Shown: positions 58,439 through 64,000 of the stretch, in pieces
Numbering within the stretch: the stretch's first letter is position 1
Layout: each line of letters begins with the position of its first letter
Virus record (IMG/VR): IMGVR_UViG_3300007634_000002
Coordinates: 11,519 to 75,518 of that record
DNA: 64,000 nt
Direction: 5' to 3' (one strand)
Source of the DNA: a virus
Notes under the pieces: generated by a model
Told to the model about the DNA's origin: nothing
What the model saw: the letters and a program-made list of their open reading frames with translations, nothing else
Databases searched by the model: none
Translations under genes and position numbers: made by a program

Positions 58439-60364
58439 ATGCAACCTTACGTCATTCATAATCGTTGGGCCTTGGGTGACACCGTGGCCTTGTCAGCGGT
58501 TGTTAGAGATTTGAATCTGACGTATCCCGGTAAATACCGCATTTCTATGGCAGGAAGTTATTCGTCTTACTGGCGGTACTTTCCTTACGTCTACCCTTTA
58601 GATCCCAAGCTAAATGCTCCTGTCATTCAAATGGAATACGACGACGGCATTCGTGAATCGGTATCAGGCGTCAAACAGCATTTCGTATCATTCTTCCATA
58701 AGAAATGGAAACAACGCACAGGTATTGACGTTCCTGTGCTGCATCCTAAAGGCGAAATTTTTCTCGGTCCCAACAAAGAAGAAAAATTAGTTGCGGGTAG
58801 ATACTGGGTTGTCGTTGGTGGTGGCAAAGTAGATATGACAGCCAAATGGTGGTTGCCTTCCAGATTTCAAGGCGTTGTAGATACGTTACTCAAGTATGGC
58901 ATTAATTGCGTACAAGCAGGAGCAGCCTTTACGCGCAACGTCCATCCTGTGCTTAACAACGTGAAATACATGGTTGGATCTACGGATGACATTGCCGACT
59001 TGTTTAGATTGATCTACCACGCTGAAGGTGTCATCTGCGGCATCACATCGTTTATGCATATCGCCGCCGTGTTCGACAAGCCATGCGTTGTGTTGGCGGG
59101 AGGACGCGAAGAGTGGTGGTGGGAAGGTTACTCCAATCACGGTCAATTCCCCGACACATGCGCTCCCGTTAAAGTGCCGCATAAGTTTTTGCACACGATA
59201 GGTCAAATGGATTGTTGTAAAACGTCGGGGTGCTGGAAAAAACGAACCGTGCCTATTGATCAAATGGATTTAACAAACAGCAAAGCAAAATTACAGTTAT
59301 GTCTGCATCCTGTACGTACCGACGAACAACCGGTGCCTGAATGCTTAAACCGTATCACTGTAGATCATGTGGTGGAGAAAGTCATGGAATATTACGAAGA
59401 CGGGACTCTACCTCCTATTTCGCAGCCATCCCGTAAATATTCACTAGAAAATGTTCTTCCTGTTAAAAATGTCAGTCAAACAGCCACTACGTTGGATATC
59501 CTAAAACCCGTGACAACCGTGGTGACTGTTAAGACTGCGCCCCCTCCTCCTGAAAAACATGACCTATCACAGGAAACCGAATTTGATCTGTTTGGAGTTA
59601 TGGACAATCCTTACATCGGTGGCAAGTTTACAATCTTTGTTCTCTGCTACGGCGATCACACTGAGTTAGCTAAAACTTGCATTGAAGGCATTCTCAAAAC
59701 GTTGCCCCGCAGACGCATAGATCTACGTGTCGGTTTAAATGCCGTATCTCGAGCTACGTACGATTTTGTGGCGTCGCTTGGACCCGTCGTTACAAAAATC
59801 TACCATCACGAAGACAATGCCAAAAAGTATCCAGTCATGCGTGAAATGTTCCACGATCCAAGTTGTCCTGTCACTACGCCATATCTTGTTTGGTTTGATG
59901 ACGACACGAAAATTATTGATTCCATGTGGGCAGCGCGTCTAGCCGAAACAATTAACTTGAATCATCGAGAAGGTTGTCGGTTGTACGGTACCAAGATGTA
60001 TCACGATCTAAGCGCCATGGCTATCGGCGGACACAGACCTGACTTATGGTTCCGCCAAAGCGACTGGTTTAGAAACGTACACTTGAGGCTGTCGAATAAA
60101 CAAATGCTGGCATCTAACGGTTCTTGTGTAGATTTTGCCGTGGGTTATTTTTGGGCACTGGCAACTGAAACTATGAAGCAAGCTAACATTCCCGACGTTA
60201 GGCTTAATCACAACGGCGGAGATATTACCATAGGTGCGCAAGTACATCAGCTTGGTGGTAAAATCAAAGACTTCAATGCAGGAAAGAAATACGTCTGGTG
60301 CCCGCCCAAAGATAAAGGCGGACGTCGCGGTTTTTCTGAAACTTTTCCGTGGGGGCGTAAATAA
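58439..60364 (+). CDS. Bifunctional glycosyltransferase: GT9 (heptosyltransferase-like) plus C-terminal GT-A domain
   Basis: ALGDTVAL...VRDL; VICGITSFMHIAAVFDKPCVVLAGG (GT9); Cys cluster CCKTSGCW..CLHP..EC; then FTIFVLCYG..YLVWFDDD. Confidence 0.8.
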   Translation: MQPYVIHNRWALGDTVALSAVVRDLNLTYPGKYRISMAGSYSSYWRYFPYVYPLDPKLNAPVIQMEYDDGIRESVSGVKQHFVSFFHKKWKQRTGIDVPVLHPKGEIFLGPNKEEKLVAGRYWVVVGGGKVDMTAKWWLPSRFQGVVDTLLKYGINCVQAGAAFTRNVHPVLNNVKYMVGSTDDIADLFRLIYHAEGVICGITSFMHIAAVFDKPCVVLAGGREEWWWEGYSNHGQFPDTCAPVKVPHKFLHTIGQMDCCKTSGCWKKRTVPIDQMDLTNSKAKLQLCLHPVRTDEQPVPECLNRITVDHVVEKVMEYYEDGTLPPISQPSRKYSLENVLPVKNVSQTATTLDILKPVTTVVTVKTAPPPPEKHDLSQETEFDLFGVMDNPYIGGKFTIFVLCYGDHTELAKTCIEGILKTLPRRRIDLRVGLNAVSRATYDFVASLGPVVTKIYHHEDNAKKYPVMREMFHDPSCPVTTPYLVWFDDDTKIIDSMWAARLAETINLNHREGCRLYGTKMYHDLSAMAIGGHRPDLWFRQSDWFRNVHLRLSNKQMLASNGSCVDFAVGYFWALATETMKQANIPDVRLNHNGGDITIGAQVHQLGGKIKDFNAGKKYVWCPPKDKGGRRGFSETFPWGRK

Positions 60365-60723
60365 TGCAACTTGTATTAAACACAACACACTTTTATCAAA
60401 TGTTTGGTGACGACAATTTTTATAAAACTCTGCCACCCGGTTTTGAGCCTTTAGTGGAGCCTTGTAAAGAAAGTCACGCCCGAGCTTTGCGTATTGCCAT
60501 GGGACAGGAAGAAGATCCTTGTAGCGGTTGCACAACAATTCGACAAGCATTGGATAAATCTGTTAACGCTTTAGGTAAACAGTTACATGCCGTTTACCGC
60601 GTAGATCCCGATGTGCTTCAACCGTTAAAGCAATATTTCTGCGCAAGACTCAAACAGGAAATTCGTGAGGTGGTGTTGTATTATAAAGATGCCGAAAACA
60701 ATTCGCGCGTGTTGCGTTTCTAG
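60364..60723 (+). CDS. Hypothetical CxxC protein
   Basis: TAATG coupling; PCSGC motif; resembles 61197..61496. Confidence 0.65.
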   Translation: MQLVLNTTHFYQMFGDDNFYKTLPPGFEPLVEPCKESHARALRIAMGQEEDPCSGCTTIRQALDKSVNALGKQLHAVYRVDPDVLQPLKQYFCARLKQEIREVVLYYKDAENNSRVLRF

Positions 60724-60732
60724 GAGTAGCTC

Positions 60733-61188
60733 ATGTCCGACAAAAGCCTGAAACTGCAACGGTATCAATCACAAGAAGTGCAGTACAAGCAAAATGCTGC
60801 TGTGCGTCTAAGAATTGTTGTAACCGACGCAACCAACATTGACGCCAACATCTTTGTCTTTTTAAGGTCACCGCTTAATCCGCATACTGGTGAAACGTCA
60901 GATATGTTTCAAACCATTGCCAGCCCTTACGACATGGAAGTTTATCCTGTCGATGAACCGGACGAAACCACAACATATCCGTTTTTCCGTAGTAATATGC
61001 TTGAACTTGATTTTCCGTCCATCACGTTGGCAGATGACGCATGGACACGAATCGTAGCAATGACTCAAGCGCTAATCACGTCCAGTAAAAAATTAGATGT
61101 ATTGTCTTTGGTGGAAGAAGTTACTGTAGGTGATGCGTCGGCGCCAAATCCGTCACAGTCCCTATCAGATTCATTCTCTAACTCGTGA
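60733..61188 (+). CDS. Hypothetical protein
   Basis: AGGAG RBS, 151 aa. Confidence 0.65.
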   Translation: MSDKSLKLQRYQSQEVQYKQNAAVRLRIVVTDATNIDANIFVFLRSPLNPHTGETSDMFQTIASPYDMEVYPVDEPDETTTYPFFRSNMLELDFPSITLADDAWTRIVAMTQALITSSKKLDVLSLVEEVTVGDASAPNPSQSLSDSFSNS

Positions 61189-61196
61189 GGTGTGGT

Positions 61197-61496
61197 ATGT
61201 CTACAGATAACCGCAAAAAAATGGTTGTTATAGAAGACAGCACTTTAGCCTCTATGGCTGCTAATGACGCGTTTGTACAAGAGTTTCCATTCTTGCAGCA
61301 ATTAAGAACCGTTCCTCGTGGTGGTTGCGGTGGATGCAACCGAAATAAAACAGCGAATGTTTTTGCAGCAGCTAAAAAATCTGTGGCAGGATTGGACAGT
61401 GAGCGTAAACGTAAACTTAAGGAAATGCTTAACACGAAAGAGTTAAGAATTACATACCGTTCTGGCGACGGTAAAATCCTTACGCTGGTATTTTAA
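61197..61496 (+). CDS. Hypothetical CxxC protein
   Basis: GAGGTG RBS favours ATG 61197; GGCGGC motif. Confidence 0.65.
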   Translation: MSTDNRKKMVVIEDSTLASMAANDAFVQEFPFLQQLRTVPRGGCGGCNRNKTANVFAAAKKSVAGLDSERKRKLKEMLNTKELRITYRSGDGKILTLVF

Positions 61497-61573
61497 CAGC
61501 CTAAATCCAAGGCAAAAACGCGTCATATTCTTTGCATCCCGTTTATTTATAACGAGATGAGCAAGGAGGACCT

Positions 61574-61924
61574 ATGGCCATTGTGCCTCGCAGGAGTTTC
61601 AACTTCCTCGATCTAATCGAGGAGCCGACAAAAGCGGTGGCACAGAAGCCACCAGTTCATGACGATATTATCATCGCAACACCACCGACAACTCCGTCGG
61701 TGGTGTATAACTACACCCCGGCCCCGATAAACGTAAATTTTGGACCGGATGTAGAACAAGTCCCAGTCAGCGGATTTGGGATTTGGTTTACGATGCTAAT
61801 CATCTATGCACTAGGCTATGGCCTAGTGCAACAAGGCTGTGGACAATTAGTCCACTTGCTTGAGATCATCGCTCTGGGCACCACGCTACACTTGCGTGGC
61901 GCCCTATATCGCCGAAGACAATAA
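61574..61924 (+). CDS. Hypothetical membrane protein
   Basis: AAGGAGG RBS; Pro-rich N-terminal half, hydrophobic C-terminal segments. Confidence 0.6.
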   Translation: MAIVPRRSFNFLDLIEEPTKAVAQKPPVHDDIIIATPPTTPSVVYNYTPAPINVNFGPDVEQVPVSGFGIWFTMLIIYALGYGLVQQGCGQLVHLLEIIALGTTLHLRGALYRRRQ

Positions 61925-61927
61925 AAT

Positions 61928-62009
61928 GAGTTTCCCCAAATAAATTGATTCCAAGCACGGTATTGCGCTCAAACGCAGTACCGTGCTTGACAATTTATTT
62001 GGGGAACTT
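61928..62009. repeat. Long imperfect inverted repeat (two stacked 16-bp arms)
   Basis: TTCCCCAAATAAATTG (61932-47)/CAATTTATTTGGGGAA (61991-62006); CAAGCACGGTATTGCG (61952-67)/CGCAGTACCGTGCTTG (61974-89); loop CTCAAA. Confidence 0.9.
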
Positions 62010-62014
62010 ATCAT
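61987..62014 (+). promoter_or_regulatory. Sigma70-type promoter inside the palindrome arm
   Basis: TTGACA-N16-TATCAT, 48 nt upstream of GTG 62063. Confidence 0.55.
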
Positions 62015-62062
62015 ATTTTCGGTGCGACAAGTCCAACCTTTTTCTTATGTATTGGAGTAATT

Positions 62063-62380
62063 GTGTTTAAGATTATTGAAAACGCTACGTCCTACACCCC
62101 AGACATGTCGCGTGGTACGGTAGTCGTCGAGAGTGATCATGGCATTGGAAAGTTTGCAGAGGCGATGGAAGAGCTGTCGGGTAATGAGGCCAAGCACTTT
62201 GCGCTTGCCTCCGTAGCGCATATGGGGCTTACACATATTAACGGCAACGTTATTGGGCCATATCCTGTCAACGCACAGGGCATAGTGCTTGACATGAACA
62301 ATACAGAACTGCCACCAACTCATCCTGACAGGCAGCCAAGTCGTTATCGCATCGACGTACCGGTAACACGTAAATTCTGA
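62063..62380 (+). CDS. Hypothetical protein
   Basis: GGAG RBS, GTG start. Confidence 0.6.
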   Translation: MFKIIENATSYTPDMSRGTVVVESDHGIGKFAEAMEELSGNEAKHFALASVAHMGLTHINGNVIGPYPVNAQGIVLDMNNTELPPTHPDRQPSRYRIDVPVTRKF

Positions 62381-62889
62381 TGACACCAACTAAAACTGTA
62401 TTAACGGCGGCAAAAACTCTAACCCATCCAAGGTTTGAGCAATTTTGCCGCCGTTTTTTGCATTTGACGCAAGACCAGTTAAAACAAGGGCTTGACGACA
62501 AAACGCAAATTTTAATTTATTTGCTGGAGTGGCTTATTCATCTTGGTCTGTTTTCAGATGCAGATCAGGAAATAATTATAAGCACTTACAGAGAGCAACT
62601 GGTAAAATGTTTAAATGTTTGGAAAGACGAAACTAAAGCCGCAATGACAACATTTGGTTTGACGGTTTGTGATGGTAAATACGTTGGCTGGACAGGTGAA
62701 GAAAAGTTCTTAGAAGTTTCCAGTGGTGATAAATTAGAAGAATTACCGCGAACGCCTGTGACGCTTGTCGTTTGCAATGTGACAGAACTATTCAATCGCA
62801 AGAAAGAATACATTCTGGCGATGGAGCAAGAGAATGAACGACAGCATACTCATGGGATCGACCCTGACCGTCCCACAACAAACACTTAG
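62380..62889 (+). CDS. Hypothetical protein
   Basis: TGATG coupling, 169 aa. Confidence 0.6.
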   Translation: MTPTKTVLTAAKTLTHPRFEQFCRRFLHLTQDQLKQGLDDKTQILIYLLEWLIHLGLFSDADQEIIISTYREQLVKCLNVWKDETKAAMTTFGLTVCDGKYVGWTGEEKFLEVSSGDKLEELPRTPVTLVVCNVTELFNRKKEYILAMEQENERQHTHGIDPDRPTTNT

Positions 62890-63559
62890 TACGTGGAAAA
62901 AACTTTGGACAGATCCTGAAACGTTTGCCACAACTTTGCTTGTCATGGGGCTTGATCATTACGGTCCAGAATTGCTTACATGGCATCCAGAAACGATTCG
63001 GTTAGAAATTGAAAGCGACTTTGCGCTTAAATTGCCAAAAGCAAATTACGACAGATTGCTTGCGGCAATTACGGTTGTAACGACAGATTTGTTTTTTAAG
63101 AATGCTTCAAGGTTTGTGCAGTTAGCCAACGTATTAGCCTTTGATGATTTCCAGCCCGATGAATTTGATCCTGCGGATGCCATGGAGTGTGCGTGGGCGA
63201 TTACAGAAGCTTTGTTGTTAAGTCCACCCGACGAAGACGATGAATTGTTTTGTCTTGAGATTCGCAGATACATCGCATTCATACTGGACGAACAAGGTTT
63301 TGTGCAGGCCCCAGATGTATTGCGACTTGCCGTCAAAGATTACGCCAAAACCGTGTCATACGATTTCACAGATGACCCGGAAATGTTTGCAGCTGTTAAC
63401 GACGTGCAGACAGGAAAAAAAGACGCAGTAGAAGCAACACTGCGTCTTTGTCTGCAAGAACTGATGGAACAATTATCCGCGCTTCAACTAAAGCAAGGTT
63501 CGACAGACGAGATTGTTAAAAAATTACAACAGCTTCTACATAAGGGAGTAACCTCGTGA
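62834..63559 (+). CDS. Hypothetical acidic helical phage protein
   Basis: 241-aa ORF; start uncertain because it overlaps the upstream ORF. Confidence 0.65.
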   Translation: MNDSILMGSTLTVPQQTLSTWKKLWTDPETFATTLLVMGLDHYGPELLTWHPETIRLEIESDFALKLPKANYDRLLAAITVVTTDLFFKNASRFVQLANVLAFDDFQPDEFDPADAMECAWAITEALLLSPPDEDDELFCLEIRRYIAFILDEQGFVQAPDVLRLAVKDYAKTVSYDFTDDPEMFAAVNDVQTGKKDAVEATLRLCLQELMEQLSALQLKQGSTDEIVKKLQQLLHKGVTS

Positions 63560-63786
63560 CTATCACTGACAATACGCTAAGCGAAGTCTTATCCGCCGCA
63601 ATGGTCGCTATGGGTTGGGATACGCGTAAGGTCATGAGTTTCTTAGTTGAAAAATTATCAGTACGCCACGATACAGTTGCAGAGCTTATAGAAGAGTTTG
63701 AACAAGAGATTATTAGTAACACCCGTCCCGACATTGATCCTGACACTGATGATGATGTCGCAAATTTCTTTAACGAAACTGACTGA
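63556..63786 (+). CDS. Small acidic hypothetical protein
   Basis: GGGAG RBS, GTGA overlap. Confidence 0.55.
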   Translation: MTITDNTLSEVLSAAMVAMGWDTRKVMSFLVEKLSVRHDTVAELIEEFEQEIISNTRPDIDPDTDDDVANFFNETD

Positions 63787-63840
63787 ATTTTAACCCCGGC
63801 ACAACGAATAAACATTGCCTAATCAAGGCTGGAGGATTGT

Positions 63841-64000
63841 ATGTCGTTCATGGTAACTGGTAAGAGTATCAAAGGGCGGCCACTCATTACGGATTTGAAT
63901 GCGGTAAGAATGGCCGCGCGATTAATGGGAATGACCGTTCATGACCGTGCAACGTATCGAGCACACCACGATTGCAATGATGCGGTCATGGTATTGTCTT
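63841..64000 (+). CDS. Partial ORF running off the window end
   Basis: GGAGG RBS, ATG 63841, open to the end (MSFMVTGKSIKGRPLITDLNAVRMAARLMGM...). Confidence 0.55.
   Translation, partial: MSFMVTGKSIKGRPLITDLNAVRMAARLMGMTVHDRATYRAHHDCNDAVMVLS

Larger units (their letters stand above)
1..61496 (+). other. Virion structural/morphogenesis region of a large contractile-tailed phage
   Basis: Co-oriented dense genes in head-neck-sheath-tube-tape measure-baseplate-fibre order; recognisable sheath, baseplate-J-like and capsid-like proteins. Confidence 0.93.

Noticed and set aside
1-64000. Stop-codon reassignment, as seen in some large phages
   Set aside because: Code 11 gives near-complete tiling with long ORFs, and TAA, TGA and TAG all end genes at tight junctions

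Overview
This window is the virion-morphogenesis region of a large contractile-tailed (myovirus-type, probably jumbo) bacteriophage. About 60 densely packed genes all lie on the + strand, use genetic code 11 and mostly have GGAG/AGGAGG ribosome-binding sites. Gene order: head (putative prohead protease, scaffold-like protein, decoration protein, major capsid protein, small head proteins), head-spike/fibre module (Rcc01079-like spike base, LamG protein, 1968-aa multi-propeller fibre), neck, sheath, tube, spike/hub, tail chaperones with a -1 slippery site, tape measure, baseplate, five tandem paralogous tail proteins, two repeat-rich Cys-rich fibres, four sugar-modifying enzymes, then unknown genes behind a long palindrome containing a sigma70-like promoter. 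A sigma factor and a papain-protease cassette interrupt the baseplate genes. The strongest candidate for an undescribed system is a virion-fibre O-glycosylation locus: a mucin-like Ser/Thr- and Cys-rich fibre linked to two GT2 enzymes, a SAM methyltransferase and a GT9-GT2 fusion carrying a TibC/AAH-like Cys cluster. Other notable signals are K-x-A enrichment in internal head proteins (candidate protease site), a three-way-junction RNA after the capsid genes, and a recurring TAAGTACTTA palindrome. All product calls come from motif recognition and gene order by eye; no database search was run. I saw no tRNA, rRNA, CRISPR array, integrase, terminase or clear portal. The host is unknown; a Planctomycetota host is only a weak guess.
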